A stretch of 64,000 nt of DNA from Chloroflexota bacterium (GTDB lineage Bacteria > Chloroflexota > UBA11872 > VXOZ01), in contig OY760183.1 in the NCBI GenBank assembly GCA_963663275.1, forward strand, positions 1,376,001 through 1,440,000, read 5' to 3'. Of this stretch, positions 9,600 through 18,289 are shown in pieces. Position numbers and translations under genes: made by a program. The notes beneath the pieces are model-generated. The model was given only the letters and a program-made list of their open reading frames with translations. It was not told where the DNA came from and ran no database searches. The stretch's first letter is position 1; each line of letters begins with the position of its first letter.

Positions 9600-10520
9600 A
9601 TGGCCGAGTGGTTTGCCACCCCCGCGATCATTCTCGCGTTAGTGGCCATTCTTACCGTTCTCGTGGCCGTCATTCGCTGGACGAGCAGGGTTGATCATCA
9701 TATGGCCGTATTCGGAGAAGCGCTCAGCGAACTCAGGGAAGAAAACAAGAGTATCAGGCAAGAAATCAAGGAATTCAGAACGGAACACAAGCAAGACATC
9801 AAGGGCGTCAGGTCAGACATCAAGCAAGACATCGAGGGCGTCAGGTCAAACGTCGAGGAATTCAGGGCAGAACACAAACGAGACATCGAGCGTGTCAGGT
9901 CAGACGTCAAGCAAGACATCAAGGGATTCAGAGCGGAACACAAGCAAGACATCGCGGGAGTCAGGCAAGAAGTCGAGGAATTCAAGGCAGAGCACAGGCA
10001 AGACATCGCGGGAGTCAGGCAAGAAGTCGAGGAATTCAAGGCAGAGCACAGGCAAGACATCGCGGGAGTCAGGCAGGAAATCGAAGGGTCCAGAGCAGAG
10101 CACAGGCAAGACATCGCGGGGTTCAGAGTAGAACTCAAGCAAGACGCCCAGGGCCTCAGAGAGGAAGTCAGGCAAGACATCAGGGAAGTCAGGCAGGACC
10201 TCAAGACCGCGTTCTTGCGCCTTGGCATGGAGCCCGTGTCGGGCAGCAGCCCCTTGCGCCTCACCGAGTTTGGCGAGCGCATCGCCGCCGACTTTGGCGC
10301 AAAGGCCTGGGCCGCCGGCGTCGCGCCCCAACTGCGCGCCCAGGTGAAGGACTTCGAGCCCTTCGAGATCGACGAGTTCTGCAACCAGTACGTGCAGACC
10401 AAACTCTCGGAGCAGGAGCGCCGGCGGGTATCCCGCTGCGCCTACACCTTCGGCATCGAAGCCGAGGGCGTCCACAAAGTCCTGCGGGTCGTCCTGCGCG
10501 ACGCCCTGCTGGCAGGCTGA
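9600..10520 (+). CDS. Membrane-anchored coiled-coil repeat protein
   Basis: AGGAGG RBS; N-terminal TM helix; QDIAGVRQEVEEFKAEHR repeats; globular C-terminal region. Confidence 0.8.
   Translation: MAEWFATPAIILALVAILTVLVAVIRWTSRVDHHMAVFGEALSELREENKSIRQEIKEFRTEHKQDIKGVRSDIKQDIEGVRSNVEEFRAEHKRDIERVRSDVKQDIKGFRAEHKQDIAGVRQEVEEFKAEHRQDIAGVRQEVEEFKAEHRQDIAGVRQEIEGSRAEHRQDIAGFRVELKQDAQGLREEVRQDIREVRQDLKTAFLRLGMEPVSGSSPLRLTEFGERIAADFGAKAWAAGVAPQLRAQVKDFEPFEIDEFCNQYVQTKLSEQERRRVSRCAYTFGIEAEGVHKVLRVVLRDALLAG
9945..10121 (+). repeat. Intragenic 54-bp tandem repeat (18 aa)
   Basis: caagacatcgcggg units start at 9945, 9999, 10053, 10107. Confidence 0.85.
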
Positions 10521-10657
10521 GCCGCCCCCGGCGCGGGAACGACCCGGAACGGTCTGCCGCCTATCTGCTACAATAGGGGTGCATCAGGTACGCAAATGGG
10601 CCGTCAATCGGTCCTGTGTGGGGTCAATTTCGAGCATCCATGAGGAGGAGCGCGCAG

Positions 10658-10891
10658 ATGGAAAGTTTCGAATTCATTGGTTCGTTGGCAGTCACCATCA
10701 TTGCCATTGCCGGGCTCTTGTGGCGTTTCGAGACCAGATTTGCCGATCTCTCAGACCGCGTCTCCCGCATCGAGGGCAAAATGGACGGCTTCTCCGACAT
10801 CTTTGCCACCAAAGCCGACATCGCGCGTATCGAAGGACTGCTGGAGGGCTACTTCCTGCAGGCTGGCAAGACGAACAAGACGAAAGAGTAG
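10658..10891 (+). CDS. Small TM plus coiled-coil protein (CCDC90/DUF1640-like)
   Basis: GAGGAGG RBS; TM helix; FATKADIARIE motif. Confidence 0.75.
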   Translation: MESFEFIGSLAVTIIAIAGLLWRFETRFADLSDRVSRIEGKMDGFSDIFATKADIARIEGLLEGYFLQAGKTNKTKE

Positions 10892-10966
10892 ACCGAGCCG
10901 GAAGTCGTCTGCAATCCCGCTCCCGCTCATCACGGCGCGGGCTCCACGCAACCGGCAGAGGCACGC

Positions 10967-11009
10967 GCAACCGGCAGGGGCACGACACGTCGTGCCCCTG
11001 CCGGTTGCG
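10967..11009. repeat. REP-like palindrome (GGGGCACGAC-GTCGTGCCCC family)
   Basis: Palindrome; related copies near 9479, 31408 and 61896. Confidence 0.75.
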
Positions 11010-11077
11010 TTGGTTCCAGCCCCGCCGCCTCATCCTGTCCTTTGCCGGCGCATTATCAGATAATCCTTCCTTTGCAC

Positions 11078-11106
11078 TTGCAGTCATAGTCGCAGTCTGC
11101 TATGCT
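11078..11106 (+). promoter_or_regulatory. Putative sigma70 promoter
   Basis: TTGCAG-17 bp-TATGCT with TG extended -10. Confidence 0.5.
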
Positions 11107-11648
11107 GTTCTGCAAGCTATGCGGACGCGCGTTTTTCGTCAGGCTTCGGCAGCGTGGGCGCGCGCCGGGGGTAGTTCCCTGGGGTAAGTCCCGTCTAGCG
11201 TATGTCTCAGGCAGCGTACGCGGTTGCCGTTGGCCGCCGGACGCGCGAATTCGCACCCAAGTTCGCGGTCCGGTTGGTTTGGCGCGTAGCCGCAGCCGTC
11301 GATTGCCGCGCAAGCGATGGCCCGTTACGCATGCCGGGCAGGCCGGCTCCATGCCCGTCCACCCCGCGGAGCGCCGTGGGCAGCGGGATTGCCGGTCGGA
11401 ATTGTCTCGTATCAACATACCGTGCTATTGGCGTCAACGGTCGGATCAACCTAATGATCGCCCTGGTCTGCCACCTGGGGAGTGTGACGTACACCCACGA
11501 ATTTCCCCTCATAAGCGCGGGATAGTCATCCAAGAAGGGAGTGTATACACGCACGCGCCGGAATAGCCCGGTATTGGGTGTCTCTTTGCGAATACACGAC
11601 GCTCGCCCTGTCACTCTACGCGGGCGTTACTAGCGAAAGGAAAGGACT

Positions 11649-13385
11649 GTGAGACAATTGTCTCGTTTGTTGAGCGTCATGCTGGCGCTCATCCTGCTGG
11701 CGACCGGATTCATCACGGCGTCGGCGCATGACGGTGATGCCCTGCTAAAGTCAAGGAGTATGCGCGCGTAACCGTCACGCGCACCGACGACGCCGACATG
11801 GTGCATCCCCAATCCAAGCTGAAGTTCAACATCATCGTCGAGCGGCTTGACGGCCATCAAATCATCGCGGGCACCAATAACCTGTACGGGCCTGCTGGCA
11901 CCGGTGTCGACTACCGACGACATAACTACGGCATTGAGGTCCTCGATAATGAAGAATCCGTACCGGTCGTTCGACGTGGAGTACACGATAACGACCGCGA
12001 TGACCTGGGCGCCGGGCGTTGCCAGCCGCACCGTTACGCTGAAGTGGACTCTTACTTTCGATCGCTTCCGACAATGCGGATGGTACTGGCAACCTGAGCA
12101 CTCCGGTCTGAAACGGTCATCACGGCACCATCGACGTGGACGTGACCAAGCGTCCGGATGCGGGCGTGGGTGATTCGGGCGTTGCGATTGTCTTCGGCGT
12201 GACCGAGCCGGACGAGATTGCCAAGGGCAAGGAGGTCAAGTTCGCGTTCACGATGTCCACGGGCGACTACGGCTACAGGGCCGTTGTCGAGACCCCGACT
12301 TCCGCGGTCGTCAAGAAGCAGTTGAAGGACGCGGACGGCGAGAAGGTGGGCAACGCGCTGCCGGTGGCGGTGGTTACATTGCCGGTGCTGCAGAGCAACG
12401 CGGTGAGCGACGCGGTCAAGACGAAGCCCGAGGCGTACAAGCTGCTGCAGAGCGAAGTGGACGCCCTGGCCGACGGCGGCACGCTGGAGTTCTCCTATGA
12501 ACTGCAGATCACCGAGGTTGACCTGGCCAAGGACGTCGACGGCGACGGGAACGTTGGACGCGTTACCAGATGCAGACGCCAGTCGCGGTGACGGACGACT
12601 ACCCAAGCCGCTCTCCTCACTGTCGCGACGGCCGACAAGGTGGAGAAGTTGACGACGGGAATGTTGGAGTTACCAGTGCAGACCCGCCAGTCGCGACGGA
12701 AGCCGCTCTCCTTACTGTCGCGACGGACAAGGTGGAGAAGTTGACCACGTGCTGGGCTCTCCGCCGGCGCCTGAGCGATACGTACGTGCTGGGCTCTCCG
12801 CCGGCGCCTGAGCCGACGGCGGTGCCGCCGATTGGCATGAACGACGCGGCCACGGTGGACCAGGGTCCCGGCAACCGCATCGACGTGACCTTGGCGGACG
12901 GAACCGAGTTCAGCCTGTTCGCGGGCTACGTGGCGGCCGATGGCGTCACGCGCTCGTATCACCGCAGCGGCTACATCCGGGATAACGACCTGGGCCAGAC
13001 CTACGCGGTGGTGAAGCGCGACGTGGACGGCATGGTGGTGCGCGTGTGGATACCCGCGGGCAGCGACTACGTGAACGAGGTGCCGTGGGCGAACGTGCTG
13101 GCGAACTTCACCTTCGATACGATGGTGGTGGAAGCCATCCCGTTGGATGAGATGTACCCGTCGGACAACCAACTGGTGCGGAATACCAACGACGACCGCA
13201 TCTACGTGTACGTGGGCGGCGAATGGCGGTGGATACCCGACATTCCGACGTTCCAGGCATGGGGTTTCTACTGGTGCAACATCACGGCGGCGGACGCTGG
13301 GTTCTTCGACCGCGTGATGACCGGCAATCCGTTGCCGCGCAGTGGCACGCAGGACGATCCGAACTACCCGGTCTGCCACTCGTAG
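11649..13385 (+). pseudogene. Frameshifted paralog of secreted protein 14937-16463 (pseudogene or consensus artefact)
   Basis: GTG start MRQLSRLLSVMLALILLATGFITASAH matches paralog signal peptide; homologous segments spread over ORFs 11798, 11847, 12136, 12570; intact C-terminal GYIRDNDLGQTYAVV...IPDIPTFQA domain. Confidence 0.75.
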
Positions 13386-13517
13386 AGACGCATTGAAGCT
13401 GTATGGGCGCGACACACTACACAACCCAAATGTATAGGAGTGACCGGGAAGGCTATGGCGCGATGACCGCGCGCTAAGCGGCCCCGGGGGTCTGTACAGT
13501 CTCCTTATGCTACGGCA

Positions 13518-13556
13518 AGAGCCGGTGTCTGTGGCAGGACACCGGCTCTTGTATTT
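13518..13556 (+). terminator. Intrinsic terminator-like hairpin
   Basis: agagccggtgtc/gacaccggctct stem followed by T-rich tract. Confidence 0.7.
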
Positions 13557-13572
13557 GTGTTAATGGGTCGTT

Positions 13573-13611
13573 CCCCCCTCACCCCAACCCTCTCCCTCCA
13601 GGGAGAGGGGG
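13573..13611 (+). repeat. BoxC-like palindromic repeat
   Basis: cccctcaccccaaccctctccctccagggagaggggg. Confidence 0.7.
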
Positions 13612-13677
13612 CAAGAGCGGAGCCAGACCGGAGCCAAGAGGGAGCCAGACCGGAGGCAAGAGCGGAGGCGCTACTCC

Positions 13678-13706
13678 TTGACAGAGTTGCCAAATCCTGC
13701 TAACTT
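13678..13706 (+). promoter_or_regulatory. Putative sigma70 promoter of TA-like pair
   Basis: TTGACA-17 bp-TAACTT; second TTGACA at 13711. Confidence 0.5.
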
Positions 13707-13745
13707 TTACTTGACAGCGTAAGAGGCGGTAGTAGAAGAGGGCAC

Positions 13746-13964
13746 ATGGACGACTATAAAGTAAGTGATTTTGCCAGACGTCGCATGAAGAAGAGCAAGT
13801 TAACGCAAGACGACGCCAGCTACGTCATCGATAACCAAGAGCACACATATCAAAGCAAGGGAGATACGGTCTTCGTTGCCACTTTGCCAGACGGGCGAAG
13901 CGCGAAAGTCAGGGTAAGAGACAAGACTTTGATAGACGCATTCACCTACAAGGCATCCTTGTAA
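13746..13964 (+). CDS. DUF4258-like putative toxin
   Basis: 72 aa; SDFARRRM..K.L N-terminal pattern; directly upstream of DUF2283-like gene. Confidence 0.6.
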   Translation: MDDYKVSDFARRRMKKSKLTQDDASYVIDNQEHTYQSKGDTVFVATLPDGRSAKVRVRDKTLIDAFTYKASL

Positions 13965-13987
13965 GCGAGGTAGCAAGGAGTGACACG

Positions 13988-14224
13988 ATGCTTACAGTAG
14001 TGACGGACAGTGCGCTCGACGCGGTTTTCATCGAGTTCGAAGACGGGCCGGCTGGGTACTCGGAGGAATTGGACGAGAATCGGATCGTGGACTACTCTCT
14101 GAATCCCGGCACGCCTGTTGGCGTGTGCTTGCACAACGTCAGCGATGGAGTGAAGCTGGAAGGATTGCCGCATCAGGACCAGGTGCGGCAGATACTGGCG
14201 GGTCTTGGCGTAGAAGCCAGCTAA
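13988..14224 (+). CDS. DUF2283-like putative antitoxin
   Basis: DAVFIEF...SEELDENRIVDY...PVGV.L..VS pattern; AAGGAG RBS. Confidence 0.75.
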   Translation: MLTVVTDSALDAVFIEFEDGPAGYSEELDENRIVDYSLNPGTPVGVCLHNVSDGVKLEGLPHQDQVRQILAGLGVEAS

Positions 14225-14364
14225 GCCGCTACGGAAATAGAGGGCGCGCCTGGGCGAAAGCCGAGGCGCGTCCTCTTTGTTTTCCTCCACACGATGAAGA
14301 CCCGCACAGTTGTGGAAGCAGCGGGGAAACTGAACCGGCGCAGTTTTCACGCGGTGCCACCGGT

Positions 14365-14401
14365 TCCCTCTCCTGGGGGAGAGGGTTAGGGTGAGGGGGG
14401 G
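14365..14401 (-). repeat. BoxC-like palindromic repeat
   Basis: Reverse-complement copy, gagagggttagggtgagggg. Confidence 0.7.
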
Positions 14402-14405
14402 AGTC

Positions 14406-14434
14406 TTGCGGCGCGGGCGGCGCTCTGCTACACT
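14406..14434 (+). promoter_or_regulatory. Putative sigma70 promoter
   Basis: TTGCGG-17 bp-TACACT with TG extended -10; same layout as 11078-11106. Confidence 0.5.
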
Positions 14435-14611
14435 ATTAATGCAGACTGACAGCCATACGCCCGCGCTGGCGGAACGGCGCCGCGCCGGACGCCTCGGGCG
14501 CGCGTGAAGGTCGGCACAATGCGTTCTGGCTCTAAGTTTCGCGCTCCTGGCGCCATCCGCCAGGTTAGCATTTTCTCTCTTAGTCCCTCTACACGGGTTG
14601 TTGCCCCGTTC

Positions 14612-14768
14612 CCGCAGGTTACAAACCTGCGCTACCGGACAAGGCCGCAGGTTACAAACCTGCGCTGCCCGGACCGGACGAAGACGCAGGTTACAAACCT
14701 GCTACCGGAAAGGCCGCAGTTTACAAACCCGCGCTGCCGGACCGGATGGGGCCGCAAACCTGGGCTAC
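14612..14768. repeat. Tandem cluster of GTAG-type REP (CGCAGGTTACAAACCTGCGCTAC), 4-5 copies
   Basis: Palindromic unit also near 29449, 45960, 45992, 57887, 63551, 63678. Confidence 0.8.
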
Positions 14769-14936
14769 TGTTTGGGGGCTGTGCCGCAGACCCACCTATT
14801 CTCCCCACTACGCGGGATAGTCACCAAGAAGGGAGCATACGCGCGCGCATTGGAATGATCCCGGAAACGAGTGTAACCTCTGAGGTTCTTGCCGTTTGCT
14901 TCGCAGAAGCAGGCGTTTGAGTGAAAGGAAAGGATT

Positions 14937-16463
14937 GTGAGACGGTTGTCTCGATTGTTGAGCGTCTGCTTGGCGCTGGCGGTGCTGGGCGCCTCGGTCA
15001 TCACGGCGTCCGCGCATACTACTCCCACCGCGAACGACGATTATGGCGCAAGGCTCTACATCGAATTGCGCGAAGAGAAGGACGTGGTGACCCCCGGCAC
15101 CAAGCTGGAGTTCTTCGTGGTGGTGGAGCGCGGCAGCGACCACGGCGTGCCGCATACGGCTACCCTGCATAGCGTGACGGCCGGCGGCTATACCGGCACG
15201 GCGCAGTTGGGCACGACCGAGGCCGACGACCTGCGGGTGGGCGGGAAGACATTCTTCACCAAGACGGTGACGTATGAGGTGCAGACCGCCGACCTGGGGC
15301 CGGGCGCTACGCGGCGCAAGGCGCCAATCCAGTTCCGGCTCAGCTTCGAGCCGATTGACGCCAATGGCTTCACATTTCAAGACCATCCCGCCACCACGAT
15401 CTACAGCAATTCGTATGAGGTGACGGTGGTGAACAAGGCCCCGCCCCGGACGACCGACGATGATTCTCAGGTGGAGATCCTCCTGAACATGGAGCCTCCG
15501 AGTTCGTTCACGAAGGGCGAGCAGGTAAAGTTCACGCTGACGCTGAGCACGGGCCAGTACCGGCTGATGACGAAGCCGCTGATCATCTACAAGCAGTTGT
15601 ATGACGCGGCCGGCAAGAAGATCGGCGGCTCGGTGCGGGCGCAAAGCTTCATCATCCGGCTGTTCTCGAATTCGGTGAGCGAACAGATGGAGAGGTCCTA
15701 CAAGCTGACCGAACGAGACGTGGCGGCGGCGAAGATCGAGTTTTCCTATAAGGTCGAGGTAACGGACCACGACCTGCGCGACGCGGACAATACCTCGACT
15801 GACCTGGACGATGACTTCGTAGAGGTGTTCGAGCAAACGTTCACGATCGGGCCCGCGGCTACGCCAACGCCCGCGCCAACACCGGTTCCGGTGGTGGGCA
15901 GCACCAGCGCGGCTCGCGTGACACAGGTGGGCAACTACTTCGTGCAGGTGGACCGGCTGGACGGCGGCCAGGACTTCGCGCTGGCTATCGGCTGGATCGC
16001 GCCGACGGGCGCGCGGGCCTACAACCAACGCGGCTATATCCGCGATGATTACCTGGGCCAGACGTACGCGGTGGTGCGGCGCGAGGCCGATGGCAAGGTG
16101 GTGCGCATCTGGATTGCGCCGGATAGCGAGGAACGGTACGCGGTGCCGTGGGATTCGGTGCGGCGCAACTACACTGTGCCCCTGAACGTGCTGCTGGCTA
16201 TCCCGCTGGATGAGGATAATCCGGCGGAGAACCAACTGGTGCGGCGGTTCGACCGCTTCGACCGCAGCGGGGATATCTACGTGTACCGCGCCGGGGCCTG
16301 GCGGCACGTGCCGGATATTCCGACGTTCCAGGCAAATGAGTTCTACTGGTGTAACGTGACGGCGGCGGACGCCGGGTTCTTCGCCCGGGCCCTGATTGGG
16401 CCGCCTCTGCCCAGAAGCGGGACGGCGGAAGCGCCGGACTATCCAGAATGCCACGGGCTGTAA
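14937..16463 (+). CDS. Secreted protein: signal peptide, two beta-rich (Ig-like?) domains, Pro/Thr linker, conserved C-terminal domain
   Basis: AAGGA RBS; ASA cleavage site; ATPTPAPTP linker; C-terminal domain shared with 11649-13385. Confidence 0.8.
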   Translation: MRRLSRLLSVCLALAVLGASVITASAHTTPTANDDYGARLYIELREEKDVVTPGTKLEFFVVVERGSDHGVPHTATLHSVTAGGYTGTAQLGTTEADDLRVGGKTFFTKTVTYEVQTADLGPGATRRKAPIQFRLSFEPIDANGFTFQDHPATTIYSNSYEVTVVNKAPPRTTDDDSQVEILLNMEPPSSFTKGEQVKFTLTLSTGQYRLMTKPLIIYKQLYDAAGKKIGGSVRAQSFIIRLFSNSVSEQMERSYKLTERDVAAAKIEFSYKVEVTDHDLRDADNTSTDLDDDFVEVFEQTFTIGPAATPTPAPTPVPVVGSTSAARVTQVGNYFVQVDRLDGGQDFALAIGWIAPTGARAYNQRGYIRDDYLGQTYAVVRREADGKVVRIWIAPDSEERYAVPWDSVRRNYTVPLNVLLAIPLDEDNPAENQLVRRFDRFDRSGDIYVYRAGAWRHVPDIPTFQANEFYWCNVTAADAGFFARALIGPPLPRSGTAEAPDYPECHGL

Positions 16464-16558
16464 GCTCGATGACGCGGGCCGCGGCCCGCTTGGCGGCGCG
16501 CGGCCGCGCGCTGGCGGCGCCGCCAGGCCGGTGTGACGCCCGGTAACGGGCTGTAGAG

Positions 16559-16595
16559 AGAGCCGGCGTCCGCTTGCGGACGCCGGCTCTTGCTA
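16559..16595 (+). terminator. Terminator-like hairpin
   Basis: agagccggcgtcc/ggacgccggctct stem, homologous to the 13518 hairpin. Confidence 0.65.
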
Positions 16596-16724
16596 TGGAC
16601 TGTGCGGATGCGTCCGGTTCGCAAGGGGCGCGCGGGAACGGCTGTGACGAGGCGCGTGACGGCTTTGGCGGGAGTGTGGTCTGATACGATGGGGAAAGAC
16701 GCGGTGATACAGTCCGGCCCGGCG

Positions 16725-16864
16725 GAGACCTTTGCATAACCCCTTCCCCATTGGGGGGAAGGTTGGGATGGGGGGTCAAATGGCTTGACATTGTGCAATC
16801 TTTAGTTGTGAAAGCGCTCTGGATTCCGGTTTTCACCGGAATGACGGAGTTATGCAAAGGTCTC
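16725..16864. mobile_element. MITE-like element
   Basis: 16-bp TIR GAGACCTTTGCATAAC/GTTATGCAAAGGTCTC; flanking CGGCG direct repeat; carries BoxC-like and GTCATTCC-type REP pieces. Confidence 0.7.
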
Positions 16865-16888
16865 CGGCGGGAGTGAAAGTCTGAAACG

Positions 16889-17881
16889 ATGGGGAAAGAC
16901 GCGGTGATACGGCGCTGCTACGACGTTGGCCGCCTGCGCGCCTGGCGGGCGCGCATCGACGCCCTGGGCGCGGCGGCGGCGCCGACGGCTACGGTGATCG
17001 CGCCGCCGGCTGCGGAGGCGGGCCGCGAGCGCGGGGCGGCGGCGGTGGTGGCGGGGTCGTTCAATCCCCCCACGGCGGCGCACTTGAGCCTCTGCGACGG
17101 CGCGCTGCGCCAGCCGGACGTGGAGACGGTGTGGCTCCTGCTGGCGGTGCGCACGGTGGATAAGGAGACGGTGACCGGCGCGTGCCTGGAAGACCGCCTG
17201 CTCATGCTGGAGGCGCTGGCAGAGGCGCGGCCCCAGGTGGGGGTGGCCCTCTGCAACCGGGGCCTCTACGTGGAACAGGCGGCGGCCCTGCGCGGCAGCC
17301 TGGCGCCGCCTTCGCGGGACCTGGTGTTCGTGGTGGGCTACGATAAGATCGAACAGGTGCTGGACGGGCGCTACTACGCGGCCCGGGAGGCCAGCCTGAG
17401 ACGGCTCTTCGGGCTGGCAAGATTCCTGGTGGCGGCGCGGGACGGGCACGGCGGACAGGCGCTGATCGACCTGCTGGCTATGCGGGAAAATCGGGCGTAC
17501 CGCAACCGCATCGCGCCGCTGACGACGCTGCCGGATTGCCACGATCCGGCGCTCTCCTCTACCCAGGTGCGCGGGGCGTACGCTGAAGGAGCCGCGCCGC
17601 AAGCGGGTGCGCCGGCGGCGGTGCGGGCGTTTGCCGCTGCGACCGGGGTCTACGCGGCGCCAACATCCCTCCCCGGCGGCGAGACCATCGACCGCTACGG
17701 CTTGCGGCTACAACTGCTGGATATCCTGGCCAGGGAACCGCAGAGCGCTTTCTCGGCGGCGGAGTTCCAGGCGGCGACGGCACAGGCCGCGACGGATTCC
17801 GGTGCCGGCCGGGCGCTACGCCGGCTTCTCGCCCAAGACGGCGTTGCGGTGGAGGCAATCCGCACGCATGTCTTGACCTGA
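16889..17881 (+). CDS. Nucleotidylyl transferase (NadD/NMNAT-like, Pof1-like)
   Basis: GSFNPPTAAH, LLLAVRTVDK, GYDK...D.RYY, LSSTQVR motifs. Confidence 0.8.
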   Translation: MGKDAVIRRCYDVGRLRAWRARIDALGAAAAPTATVIAPPAAEAGRERGAAAVVAGSFNPPTAAHLSLCDGALRQPDVETVWLLLAVRTVDKETVTGACLEDRLLMLEALAEARPQVGVALCNRGLYVEQAAALRGSLAPPSRDLVFVVGYDKIEQVLDGRYYAAREASLRRLFGLARFLVAARDGHGGQALIDLLAMRENRAYRNRIAPLTTLPDCHDPALSSTQVRGAYAEGAAPQAGAPAAVRAFAAATGVYAAPTSLPGGETIDRYGLRLQLLDILAREPQSAFSAAEFQAATAQAATDSGAGRALRRLLAQDGVAVEAIRTHVLT

Positions 17882-17947
17882 GCCAGCACACTGGGCAAGA
17901 ATAGAGCCAAGGGACGAGGCGCGGCAGAAGGCGGACCGGAGGGCGCA

Positions 17948-18130
17948 ATGCCTGGATCCAAAGAGAGAGAAGAAGAGAAGATCAAGGTTCACGTGGATAA
18001 GAGAGGCGGTCTCTACGTGGAGCCGGCGGATGTATTGACGAACCCAAGAATCCGCGAGAAGATTAGAGAACTCAATGAAACCGGGCCGCTGGCAAAAGCG
18101 CCGCCAAAGGATTCCACGCAAGAAGACTGA
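17948..18130 (+). CDS. Small hypothetical protein
   Basis: GGAGG RBS; 60-aa charged ORF. Confidence 0.55.
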   Translation: MPGSKEREEEKIKVHVDKRGGLYVEPADVLTNPRIREKIRELNETGPLAKAPPKDSTQED

Positions 18131-18217
18131 GCCGTAGATGAACCTCGTCGCAACGCTCTTTCCCGCCCTGATTGGGTTCTGATCGGTAGACCAAGGCACG
18201 GCAGCCGACCGTAAACA

Positions 18218-18255
18218 AGAGACACGCCATGCAGCGCGCTGCATGGCGTGTCTCT
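18218..18255. terminator. Perfect palindrome between convergent genes
   Basis: agagacacgccatgcagcgcgctgcatggcgtgtctct. Confidence 0.6.
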
Positions 18256-18289
18256 GTGTTTGTACCGGTCTAGCGTATGCGGATTGCGG

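Noticed and set aside
9760-10200. CRISPR or DGR-like repeats
   Set aside because: In-frame coding tandem repeats without unique spacers
11110-11500. tmRNA, RNase P or SRP RNA
   Set aside because: Hallmark terminal and internal motifs not found
12543-12813. DGR template/variable repeat pair
   Set aside because: Differences are mostly indels, not adenine-specific substitutions; no reverse transcriptase in the window
14612-14768. CRISPR-like repeat array
   Set aside because: Intervening sequences are short, irregular and similar to each other; the unit is dispersed across the window as a REP; no cas genes
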